64,000 nucleotides of DNA. It comes from Calcarisporiella thermophila CBS 279.70. Taxonomy: Eukaryota > Fungi > Calcarisporiellomycota. Made by a program: the position numbers and the translations under genes. Positions within the stretch are counted from its first letter, which is position 1. Each line of letters opens with the position of its first letter. The stretch spans positions 1,157,673 to 1,221,672 of the forward strand of contig NW_027192197.1 in the NCBI RefSeq assembly GCF_041956535.1, given 5' to 3'. The notes beneath the pieces are model-generated. The model saw only the letters and a program-made list of their open reading frames with translations. It did not search any database and had not been told where the DNA came from. Below are positions 37,504-49,250 of the stretch, in pieces.

Positions 37504-38322
37504 TCAAAAGGAGGAGGGGAACTCCCAATCAGCAATGGTCGGGACGGGGGCGATGGTCTTAGTCATGCTCGGAGCAAGAGCTGGCAGACGAGCTGACCGT
37601 GGTGATGTAATCTCCTCGGAGTCTGATGACGCAGCCGAAGAAAAGCACTCCAGTTCCCATTCTCCAAGCTGTTCATCGTCCGCGTCTTCAATCGCATCCA
37701 GCTCTATCTCCTGCTCCAACAAATCGAACTGCGGAGTCTGAGAATATAAGGTGGGCGTGGTCAACATGTTCTGATCAGAGAGCACCACGTATTCTGTCTC
37801 CTTGGCAACACGAGGAGGGGGTGACGCGGACGGCGCCGCGGCCCTCTCCACTCGAGTAAGCAGGGGAGTCAGGTGACGATACAGCTCCTTCTCGGAAATC
37901 TGCAGATCAAAGTCCAACAGCCACAGAAGCTGCCTCTCCATCAGATTCACCTCGGACAGAGAGAAGATCCCGCTGCATTTTGCCCAGAAACGATTGCGAG
38001 GAGAGATGTCGTTTGTGATTTTCGCAGCAACGATAAGCGCAGCGAGGAAGATGCGGTGTCGTGTGCAGGCCATGCCGCGGGCGTCGGCGGGCAGTTGATG
38101 GCGGAAGCGGTCAAGAAGCGCAACGGTGGTAAGGAAGGTGCTGGTGTTTGCGTTAGATCGGAAGAGAACCTGCTCGATGAATGTTTCAAGAGAGGGGATG
38201 GAGAAGGAGGGAGGTGCGCTGCACTCGATGACGCCGCGTGTCTTGCACGCAACGAAGGAAATCATGTCTTGGGTGATGGGGCATTTTAAGAGCCTATGTA
38301 GAGAATCTTCAAGGCGCTTCAT
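37504..38322 (-). CDS. Pho85-family cyclin (Pcl1/Pcl2-like), intronless
   Basis: IPSLETFI..., ARGMACTRHRIFLAALIVAAKITNDISPRNRFW, EVNLMERQLLWLLDFDL cyclin box; PEST-like tail. Confidence 0.9.
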   Translation of the reverse strand: MKRLEDSLHRLLKCPITQDMISFVACKTRGVIECSAPPSFSIPSLETFIEQVLFRSNANTSTFLTTVALLDRFRHQLPADARGMACTRHRIFLAALIVAAKITNDISPRNRFWAKCSGIFSLSEVNLMERQLLWLLDFDLQISEKELYRHLTPLLTRVERAAAPSASPPPRVAKETEYVVLSDQNMLTTPTLYSQTPQFDLLEQEIELDAIEDADDEQLGEWELECFSSAASSDSEEITSPRSARLPALAPSMTKTIAPVPTIADWEFPSSF

Positions 38323-41046
38323 GGTGGGTGGGATTGGCTGTGCTATCAGGTGTTATCAGGTGGGTGGAGAATAAGGGGTGTGGTGATGCTGGAGGGGGAA
38401 CGAGAAAGAGTGGTATAACACGGGATTGAGCGTGGGAGTAAAGACGTGCTATGCGAGGAAGGGGAGGGGGGGAAGTAGACTCTTTGGAAGGGGGAAATGA
38501 CAGGGAGTGTAGAAAAGAGCAGGCAAAGTGCAGAGTTGGTATTTTATAACCGATATCGGAGTCGGGTGGGGATAAGCTAAGCAAAACGCCTCCCCTTTGG
38601 GGAACCCGTCAATACATTTTCATAGCCATGGAAACTAGGATGAAAATTTTCAAGCATAATACTTAACACGGACCAGAATACATATCGTTTGAGCCGGACT
38701 AGAAAGTTAGTACCAGTTTTAGTTTCAGGCGTAGTACTATTTTTTCATTCGGGTTGCGCTCCAATCAGAGCCGCCCTGCTGAAAAATCCAGGATTGAAAA
38801 TTTGGAATAGGATCATTCCTCCCTAAAATTAGGAGGGTGATTAGGCAATAACCCTCCCTGCGTGCTATAGGGCCGCCCCTACTTCGCCCCCTCTCCTTCC
38901 CACCTCCTGTTTCCTTCCCTTCGCCGCGACCCACACTCATTATCGCCTGATGGGGAGAAGGAGGCGACCCGATTCCCCCCCCCCCCTCTTCGTAGGCTCG
39001 CCGGGCCATGCGGATCGATGGCGGGCTAATGGTATTGGATTGCCAATATAACGAGGGCTAAGGCAAAAGAGGGGGGATATTGGCAATGTGCCAAGGTGCC
39101 AACGTTAGCCATTGTAGAGAAGGGGGGTCGGAGGCTGAAATCCGGATAATATGCGAATTTGCCGCTGAATCAATCTGGATTCCGCCAGCACGCAGAAGGC
39201 GTTGGGATACTTTGCCACAAAGAATGAATTCAGAACATCCTGTCAAGGCGTAATATCTAGAAACGGATTGTTAATTGTTTTTCTTCTGGCTCATGCTCCC
39301 TCCCCGCCTACTCACTAGGCTTCCGAATTTTCAGGAAAAACAATTTTGGATTTCCCATTGTACAAACGGCCATTTTCATGAAAAGGGAAAAATTTCAGTC
39401 GCTTTCTACCTCAAGATAAAACTTCATTTAGGCTTGGGGCGTAAGGATTGCGGCCATTGGGGAAAAGTCGGATAGGCCAGCTGGGAAATTTTTATTTGTC
39501 TAACACCATTAGCATAGTGGCGGTCCAAGAGCCTCAAGTGTCTAGACCGCCCTCGGCCTGAAGTATCGAGAGTGCAGCCGATATTTTCCCGATATAGTTC
39601 GGTGCTCTTCCGATAACTCCTAATTAAGGATCTCTCGGACATAGTGAGCTAATGGCCGAACTTCGCGGGTTATCTGCGATTTGCTAGCCTCCCTCCTAAT
39701 TACATAGAAACAGTCAAGGTGAACCATGTTCTAATAAATACAGATCTCCCGACATACTCGTCTTTCGCACTTGCCAAATTCATTCGCGAGCAGAATTCAA
39801 GATCGAAAAGTGCCCCTGGTCCAAGGTCTGCGGGTCTCGTTGCTGTAAGCCCCTCGTATAGGAATGGATGCCATAATTAGAGGCAGCTTTTGCTTATTCA
39901 TGATCGGCTTGCCGTGACTTCAACTTTTCCGTCTTCCGAAATTTCGATCTGTCTAGAAATAATTCCCGATCATCTGTTTTATTGTGGGTATAATTAATTA
40001 TGTAGGCATCGGCCAACTTGCGAGGGGCTAAAGGGGACTAAAATAATAGAGCGCTGGTTTTGCATGCGGACTCACGCTTGATTCTATACTGACTTCTCTT
40101 AAATGCCTAGAAGGTTCCCCCATGGAACTGTGGAATCTATCTAAACTTACAAAATCCTACTATTAGTTACTTGCTGCACTCTCTCGTCTCCAACAATGAG
40201 CATACGTTTTATGCATGTTCAAACCATTAGCTGTTGACCGGATCATACGATTGAAGGTGAATCCATTGTGCTATGTAGTTTGTGTGCTTAAACACGCTTG
40301 CCGCGTTTTTTTTTGGCTCTCACAATGACTCAACCAATGCTATCGAACCGATAAATAAAAATTAAAAACCGAAATTTTATGGTCTAGGTCGCTGTTAGCG
40401 GCACTGCTAATAGACCACACTTTGGTATGATTACATTTTATCAGAAAGGAATTGACGTGATGCCCTTCGTTTCATCTTGGTATTGTGTATTCTAGTGGGA
40501 ATGAAATCTAATGTCGAGTTTGCCAATTTTGTTAAACTATCTGATTATCAAAGACCTTGGATCGGAACTCATGATTACACTAATAAAAGGGTCCAGTTTA
40601 CTCTGAAAAGCCAAAAGAAAATATTCTAACTACTATGATATTACAAAAATTTATATAAAATAAATCAATAGAGCGATTTTTCTGAATGCTGCACATGGTG
40701 TTTATTCGTATCAGGGTTTTTGTCCATCTGCACACCTTTTCTCCTCTCTTTGCTATTATTGCTTCCATCGGGTGGCTGAGCGACTGAGCTGGAAATTGGA
40801 CGAAAAACAACTTGAAAGACAGTGCATACTCTAACGTCCTCAAGCTACCTCATTGTTCGCTTCAAAATTCCGATCGATTAGTCAGATACCTCCATCTCAT
40901 CATTCATTTCGCTTCTCCTCAATTGTGTTCACCTGAAGATTTATGTGTTTTGGTTTTGGGGACTACCATCTCGTCAATTATTATCCATTTGTAGTACAAC
41001 TTGATAGCTAAATAGTGCGAGGAATTAAGCCATTTCTTTTGCCATC

Positions 41047-44000
41047 ATGGCCACAGTAAGTTTCGAATGCCACTTGACTCCTATCATCTATCATCCAAAG
41101 AGCTAAACGATCCTTTTTCTAACCCGTTCTAGAGAAATCCGCTGCCCACCTTTCGTGGCCGAGCCTCGAATCTTGTGATTCCGCGCCGCTTTCACCTTCC
41201 TCTCCTCTTTTTGCGCGTATTGTCTCTAGCGCCAGCAGCATATGGTGCGCTGCGTAATCTTTCCTTGGCTAGAAGTTTGGCATGGCGTAATAATAGCAGC
41301 TTGCTCGCCGTTAAAAGCACGGAGATGGATTTTTACTTGGGGGCCGCATGGGTAGATGTCTACATCTTTATATCCAACCATCTCTGGTTGCTAATTCAAC
41401 TCGACCATTTCTAACTCCACTCCTTTTTTATGCCACTGCTTACTCTGTATAGTGTTGCTTGGCCGGGCTTTGGAGTTGGTGGCTCACCAATGGTATGCTG
41501 CGCCGTTGGTTCTATCACTATGAGCTAGGCAATGTCATGGTTCGGTTGCTCACGCTCGTGGCTGTCTACTGGGCCCTTACTGTTTTTGTGACCTCACACT
41601 ATGGCCCGGATCAGCCGGTGTGGGCCTGGATGGTGATCTGTTTACTTCTCGCCACCGCTAATGTTTTCAAAACCCTCTTCATATCCAACCCAAAATACCA
41701 TCACAAGTCGGACGGGCTTGAAGACCGCAAGCCCTTCCTCATCTCTGCCATTTTACGCACCATCGTGATACCATCCAGTATAGTTATGTTCGTGACTCTG
41801 CTCGGTATGCTTCACCAGCAGGCGGGAGAGAGATATGCGCCCCGCACTGCCATCGCACCCGTCGCTCGGGTCAATGCGACCCTAGCTCTGTCCGATTTAA
41901 GGTCGGATGCCCACACCAAGATCCTCGTTCTGGTGATTTCCTCGTGGACCCAGCGCAGTTTTGAGAAACGCCAGGCGTTCAGAGACACCACTCTCCGCCT
42001 TCGCCCCCAGAATTCCGATCGAGTTTCCATGGCATACCGCTTTGTCGTTGGGGAGCCGCCTTCCGCCAGTGCTCACCTCAAAATGGGCCCCAAAATATCT
42101 GCCGAATCGGAGCGCTATGGCGACATTTTAATGGTGGCTTCGCCCGACACTTATACCGGACTTAGCCGCAAATTCCACAAAGGTCTCGAGTGGGCTGGCA
42201 ATTATAACTTTGACTACTTGATCAAGACGGATGACGATATTTTTGCCCGTTTGGATGTCATCTCGAAAGAGTTGTCGTCACAGCCACACCAGTCATTTTA
42301 TTGGCGTGGGCTAGGATATTGGTAAGGATATATTCGACACTCCGTTTATTTCAATGAATCCAATCTTTTCAGCGGGCTGATGGTTTAATTTATTTCCATT
42401 CCTCTTTATTCTCCCTTCTTCCTCCCCCCTCCTCGCTTTTTTAGGAATATCCCGCCTATTCACAATAAGAATGATAAAAACTGTGAGTTCGACTACACGT
42501 TGCCCATGTTTCCACCGTTCACCGCCGGTGCGCTCTATATTCTCTCGCGTGACATCATTGATCTGCTTGTGAGCGGAGGCCCGCGCCTCTACACAAAAAA
42601 CGAGGACCAAAACCTTGGCATATGGCTCTATCCCCATAACATTCGTCCGATTCATGACCGCCGTATTCAACAGGCAGATGTGTGCGAGGATGATATGATT
42701 GCAAAGCACTTCTCGGATTCCTACGAACCGCGCGAGAGCATGTATGCGATGTATGAAAATATCGTGTCGGGCCGCAGGATGTGCGAAGGCTTCCGGCAGA
42801 AGTACTGCGCGGTGTGTTACCCGTGCAGGGGCCGGGTGAATCATTGGCGAGATTGGAAATACGATTGCGATGAGGTTAAGGGGATCACCCTGCTTCGGCA
42901 GGAGGCCTCGGCGGGCGCCGATGAGGTGGCGGCCGTTAAAGACGCCCCCGAGCAGTTGGTCATTGGGCAGAATGACGCGTGGATCGTTCCTGATCTGCTG
43001 AGCCAGCAGACGTCTGTGTTGTCGGAGACCGAGGACTGGCACCTGTTACACTGGGTGTGTTGGACCACGCCGCCATCCACCTTTATGGACCGGCACTACA
43101 AGACCCTCGAGCTCGTGTGGGCCCATCAACCTCGCGCGATCATCTTCATGCTGACCACGACGCTCCCGCCCGACTTTTTCGACGCCTATCGCCGTCGCGG
43201 CTTCCGCATCCACATCATCCCATTCGGACGCGACCTGCTTCTGGAGCGAAATTGGTATCTGGGGCCGAATTCGAAGGCATGGGTGCGAAATTGGGACCGA
43301 TGGGCGAACTCGCGCTACTTTTTCTCGCATCTGACCGACTACATGCGGTATCTGTTGCTGTACCGCTATGGTGGCATGTACATGGACATGGACGCGCTGT
43401 GGATTCGCGCGCCGCCCAGTGACGTGGAGTTTATCGGCGCGGATCGCACGAACAACCCGAAGGACCGCGACTGGACCCTGGATGGGGAGAACATGTACGT
43501 GGCGCCCGGGGTCATGCGCTTCCGTAAGGGATGGAGCATTTTCCGAGAGGTGGCCGAGAGCGCCTTTTCGCCGCACTACTCGCCCGAGTGTTTCAATTGC
43601 GTGGGGCCGCGTGCCATCACGAGTGCCATTCGGCAGCGGCGGCAGCAGCTGGAGAACAACGGGTTCACGATTCTCCCCACCCCAGTCCTCTATCCGCTCA
43701 ACTACATGGACATTCACCGGCTCCTGAAGCCGTCGCGGTCGCCCAAGGCCGAGCTGCAGGGCCTCGAGGAGTCCTCGTGGTCCATCCACCTGTTTGGCAA
43801 GATGACCAACGGCCTGCCGGTGGAGAGCGGGTCGGTGGTGGAGTATGTGTTCGAGCGATTTGGGCTCGGGATTCCCGTCACGGCCGGGGCACGACCCGAG
43901 CCCTTCAAGGTGGTGGGCCCCACGAAGTACACCCGGATCGTGCGAACTCCTCCGCGAGGGCCGTTTGGCGGTTTGATCCTCGTGGATCCGGCTCGAGCCT

Positions 44001-44491
44001 CGGAGGCGATCACCGGGAAGCAGCTGGACGCATTCCAGGGGCTCGACATCATCTACTGTCGCGGGGGAGCACCCTCCGTGGCCGAGGCGGTGGTTGCAGT
44101 GAGGGCCTTGAAGGGCTGGGTGCATTTCGAGGAGGGTGTGGGGCGGGCTGCGTCGAAGGGCTTGACTCAGGCCACTCCTAATTCTAACGTGGCCGGCCAC
44201 CGGCCTGACTTCCGGTCCATCCAGGTGCGCATCCCCCGTGCAACGCAGGCGGACGTGAACGCCCTCCTCTCGACGCTGCGGTATCGGCCGCCTCAAGAGG
44301 TGCTTCCTGGATACGCCGGGGAAAAAGACCTGGGTGAGTATGAGGAGGATGCTGATTTGGTGGGAGTGGAGGATGGGGAGGGCGCTGGGCGCGTGCTAGG
44401 CACAGACGAACTCTCCATCACGGTCGAGTATGGGGACGCGGTCGGCAAGCTAGCCTTTGAGGTGGATATTGTCGCGGAGGCGGAGCGGTAG
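41047..44491 (+). CDS. EOS1-like membrane domain + GT31 galactosyltransferase + GT32 (DxD) glycosyltransferase fusion, 4 exons
   Basis: EOS1-like: TEMDFYLGAAWCCLAG...MLRRWFYHY...VMVRLLTL. GT31: ESERYGDIL, KTDDDIF, FPPFTAGALYILSRD, NEDQNLGIW. GT32: SHLTDYMRYLLLYRYGGMYMDMD, CVGPRAIT. Splice junctions keep the frame. Confidence 0.85.
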
Positions 44492-44818
44492 CACCTGCGG
44501 TAGCTTTTGTGTTTCAATCTCTAAAGATTTTTATTATTCCCTACCCCCATCACCCCCCCTCCCCCTTCGACTACTTTCTAATCTCTCTACTTTTTACCTG
44601 GAGAACACCCTGTTTTTATTAGACTCTTTGCTTCTTTTTCTTTTTTTCATCTTCTGATTCCTCCTTTTTCGTTTGTGGAATATGGTTTAATGCTCTTTTT
44701 TTTGTATGTCATACTCATGTTGTCAATTTTTTGTCTCTTAAAAAATTACAATGATCGTAATACTTTTCTCCCAACAAGACTAAGAGATCATGTTGAACGA
44801 GTCAAGCAGATAGACACA

Positions 44819-44858
44819 CAAACAAATAAACAAACAAACGAACAATCAAACAAACAAA
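44819..44858. repeat. Imperfect (CAAA)n microsatellite
   Basis: caaacaaataaacaaacaaacgaacaatcaaacaaacaaa. Confidence 0.6.
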
Positions 44859-45568
44859 TTGACGGATGAGCACGCTAACCCGGTCTTGCCTATTAGGTTG
44901 GAGCTGATCATGGATTAGAGTGCCCCTCTGGTTGGCTGCTTATTTGTGGAGCCGATCGCGGGTAGAAGTGCCAGAAGAGCCGTCCCACTGGTTCGCTTCT
45001 TTCCCCGCATCAAACTCTAATCCGGCTGCTTCTCGTGACCCGACGCCAAGCGTAAGCTTGGGTGATGGAATCTTCCCAGCGTTATTTAGAATTTGGCCTA
45101 AACCCTTTATACGCAGATGAGGGAAAGGGAAAGGAAGGTGAAGGTTCTATTAATAGCCTGTAAGACTCGAAAGATTACAAAGCCTATTTCCTAGGGTCAC
45201 ATGGTGCAACCTCTGAGGAGCCAACTTGAAACCCTTCCCATTTGAGCATTTGGTTCCCATGAATTTGTTGGGAAGGCACTGCTTATTGCCTCGAGGGATG
45301 GGCTCGGGGGCTCCGCACGCATCAGCAGAAACTGCAGTCGACCATGTTTGGAAAAAGCGAATTCTTAATAGACAAATCCAGCACAAAAAGGAAAAGAAAA
45401 TAAAACATATAGAGACAAAACTTGGGCGCGGTAGTAAAGAAGATAATGGCATATGTCGAATTACAATGGTATAGAAATATCAAAACAACAGGAGGGGTGG
45501 GGAGAGACGGTTTTCACACAAAAACAATATACAAGGGGGGGGGGGGGGGAACACCCGATCCCCTTTGG

Positions 45569-47459
45569 TTAGAATTCTTCCGAGTCCATGATCTTGCGGT
45601 ATTTGTACTGGTCCTCGAGCATTGCCTTGAAAACCCTGTATTTGCCCTCGTTCAGCCGGATCTTCTCCTTGTCCTCGGTGGGGAGGATGACGCCCCCCGC
45701 CGTGCCCATGCGCTTCATCACATTCCAAATCTCCATGGCCCCATCGTCTTGGCCGAGGCTCTGCTTCTCGGAGCGGGTCATGTGGGTCTCGGCCGAGCCG
45801 GGCGGGGTCGATTGCGAGCGGGTGGAGGACTCGGCGGCGCGCGCCCCAAGGATGGCAGCCCCAAGGACCACGGCCCCCTCCACGTACTTGGGCAGCACGG
45901 TGCGGCATCGCGTGATGTTGGCATGCAAGGCCACAAACACGGGGTTCTTGCACAGGCCGCCCGACAGGAACAAGGTGTCGATGGTGTGGCCCGCCGAGTT
46001 TAGCGCCTCGATGATGTGCCGTGTCTGGCAGGCCACCGCCTGCAGCGTCGCGTAGTACTGCAGGGCAAGGTTGTCGAGCGAGTTGTCGAGGGAGAGACCC
46101 ACAATGGCCCCGCGCAGGTTGGGGTCTGCCACCGGGGAGCGGTTGCCGTGGAAGTCTGGGTACACGTGGTAGTGCCGCGTGAGCTCCTCCATGTGCTTGA
46201 GCTTGCGGACCTTGATGAGCTCGTGCAGATAGTCGTTGAGGAACTGGTAGATCGAGACGCCTCTGTCGGCCGCTTTCTCCTTGGCAACATGGGTGCTTGG
46301 GTGGTTGAACACGATGTAGTCGATGAGCTGCCCAACGGAGGACTGCCCAGGCTCCGCCATCCACATCCCAGGGATCATGACGGAGAGGTAGGGGCCCCAC
46401 ACTCCGTCGACAAAAATAGGCTCGCGCGAGAGGGCGATGTGGCAGCTAGAGGTTCCGCAGATGATGGCCAGGCGATTCTGCGGCGGGGTCTCAAGGAGCT
46501 CGCCGTTGGGCGAGGGGCTGGGGTCCTGCTGCGGAACGTCGGCCCCCATCGTTGCAATCGCCCCGGCGTAGGCGTCGATAACGGCAGAGCCGACGGGCAG
46601 CCCCGGCAGGAGGCCCATTTGCTCGGCGGCCTCCTTGGAGAGTCCGCCAATGGCTTCTCCAGCGTAGTGGATTTTCCCATGGCGCCCGCCCAGCTTCTGA
46701 AAGCCTTCGCCGGCCAACTCACCAAGCCCAATCTGTTCGAAGAAGTCGTCGTTCCAGCCGGTGGACCACTCAACCTCACGGGGCACATAAGAGCACTTGC
46801 ACACGAGTGAGCACTGCGAGCGTGCGAGCGAGCCAGTCGCTCGGAAGGTCAGAAAGTCCGGAAGATCGAAGAAATGGGAGATGTTCTCCCATTTCTCGGC
46901 AGGCATGTTCTCCTTGAGCCAGAGGATCTTTGGCACCTCCATCTCAAGACTTATTTTGCCGCCGACGTATTGCAGTACGGGGTGGCCTGTTGCGGTGATT
47001 CGCCGGGCCTGATCCTCTGCCCGGTGATCGGCCCACAAGATGATGTTGCGATTGTGGTCGTTGAACTCCGATTCAGGATCGACCGACACTCCATTCCCTT
47101 CCGCATCCACAACCGCTAGTGAGCATGTTGCATCGAAGCCTATGCCCTTAATTTGCTCGCTCGTTACCCCGGGGGTCTGAGCTATCGCCTCGCGCACAGT
47201 AGTGCACAACTTATCCCATATCTCGGCGGTGGATTGCTCGTAATAGTCGGCTCGTGGGTGAAAGGTGGTGGTGGGGCTGGATGCAAGGCCAACGATGTTG
47301 CCTGCAGAGTCCACGACGGCAGCACGCACAGAGCTGGATGAAGGGTTCAAGAGGAGGGGTTAGCGCCCTAATTCAGCGGGGGAAAGGGAGGGAGTAGGAA
47401 GCTTACCCTGTGCCGACATCGACTCCTATGTAGTAAGCTTCTTGTCTTTCTATGGTCAT
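45569..47459 (-). CDS. FGGY-family carbohydrate kinase (D-ribulokinase/YDR109C-like), 2 exons
   Basis: YYIGVDVGTG|SVRA, GIGFDATCSL, WADHRA, SLEMEVPK, FDLPDFLT, ICGTSSCH, PDFHGNRSP. Confidence 0.93.
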
Positions 47460-48045
47460 CTTTGTTGATGGCCGGCGTGTGGTTCTACGCTAAATAAGTT
47501 CTAGGGCGAGGGGGGAAAGGAGAGCAGGAGGGAAAACACAAACAAAAGAAGGCAAGAAGGAAGGGGAAAGTGGAAAACGGTCCCGCTTATATTTGCAAAA
47601 TTTTCGACCCTTCGGCGTGAGAACTCCAATAGGAATGTTAACATCCAGCTGCAGTACGGATTGTTTCTCCCGCCTCTCCGGGATTATGCTGGGGAAAGCG
47701 ACTTGTCCCAATTAATCCTAGCTGCCACGAGGATTTGCCCATCAACTTTCAAAGAGCGCAATGTCACAAGGTTCAACAACGGAGGGTATTTTTAGCACCA
47801 ACAAAACGGGGTTGTTCGCGACCTCGGCCCTCCCTCGTGCCCACGATTGACACTAGAATGTGTACCCTGAGGCGCAGCTGCACATCGAATGCCCACCATG
47901 TGGCTTGCTAAGTGACTTCATGGATGCGTCACTGAGTCTGTTTGCGTCACAGAAAATGGGATTGCATCTTCACTCCGTTGCGACTCTGCGCCAATTTCCC
48001 TATTTTACCCTAATTCCACTTATATTACGCGACCTATTTCAGACT

Positions 48046-48930
48046 ATGGAAAATATACCATTGATCGAGAGTCGGGGCCAGAAGCGCGCATATGGACAAC
48101 AGGACCCGCCAGTCAAACCTCCTCTCCGAGCAAAGTCGCCTCCTGAACATGGTTTAGCCGACAAAGTAAGAGATCGGCCGGGTTGAATTGGATGCTGAAG
48201 ACTACATCGATCTGATTTATTGCCTCTTTCCTGTTTAGCACGTTCCCCTTGCAACCATCACAAATCGGCAGATATTACAGCCCGCGGGCAAGGTAATCCG
48301 TTTGGTCCACTCGTGTTAATTTAGTAAATTTTAAGCATATATGCTGATTAGCCAACGCCCAAACGCGCTCGCTCCGGCACACCTCGTGCTACTCGTCGAT
48401 CTGATCAATCCCTCCTCCTCTCTCCTTCTTCAAAACATACTCGCGATGACGTCTGTGATACATGCCAAAAACATTCCATACGTATACGCGAACTCACAGA
48501 GCAATTACGCGAGCAGCACAGGATGATTGAATCTTTACAATCACGATTGAGAAAGTACGAGAATCTTGGCGATCAGCAGGATGGAGAAAGCAGAACAATG
48601 GCCAGGGAGAAAAGTGAGGATGCGAGGGAAAATGGGCAGCGGATTCAAGAACTGGAAACCCTGGTGCAGGAGAAAGATGAGGCACTTATGCGGCAGGAGG
48701 AGAAAATTATGCTTCTTTATGAAACACGAGTTCCGATAGAGGAGTTGGAGGAAGCACGGCGGGAGAAGGAGGTCGTGGAGCAGGAGCTTAGGGAGACAGA
48801 AGAGCTACTGCAAGAGTGCAAACAGCTGTTGATTGAGTTGGAGGAAGGGCAGGCGCAGAGTGAGGCCGAGGATGAGAGGGAGGCTGCACGGGACGCAGTT
48901 GGCCATAGTGAATCTGAAGTAGCATTATAG
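48046..48930 (+). CDS. Hypothetical coiled-coil protein, about 3 exons
   Basis: Exons join in frame through GT-AG introns; disordered N-terminus, CxxC motif, then an E/Q/R-rich heptad region. Confidence 0.55.
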
Positions 48931-49137
48931 GGTTACAGTCCCTTTTTTCCACACATATTTGCAATTTTCGCCCTGATTCTTGAGCAAAATAAAGTGAAAT
49001 CCGTTCTTCTGCTAGCATACATCTCAGCCTTGTTCAAATTCCACCTCGTCTCTGAATACTAATGGATAAGGAGAGAGTTTGGGACAATTTTTTTTTGAGT
49101 AAAGAAAAGATTAAAAAATGAATACTGAGAGAGCATG

Positions 49138-49179
49138 TACACACATACACACACACACAAACATACAAACACACGCACT
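49138..49179. repeat. Imperfect (CA)n microsatellite
   Basis: acacacatacacacacacacaaacatacaaacacacgcac in a 3' intergenic region. Confidence 0.65.
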
Positions 49180-49250
49180 TATATGAAGTATGCACGTAAT
49201 AAACATATCTAGACAAAGATAATGCCAAGATATTGCCAGGTGGGAAGAAT

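Noticed and set aside
42311-46810. Long antisense or alternate-frame ORFs (e.g. 43046-44296, 45480-46400, 46016-46810)
   Set aside because: They are shadows of GC-rich coding exons and contain no recognisable motifs.
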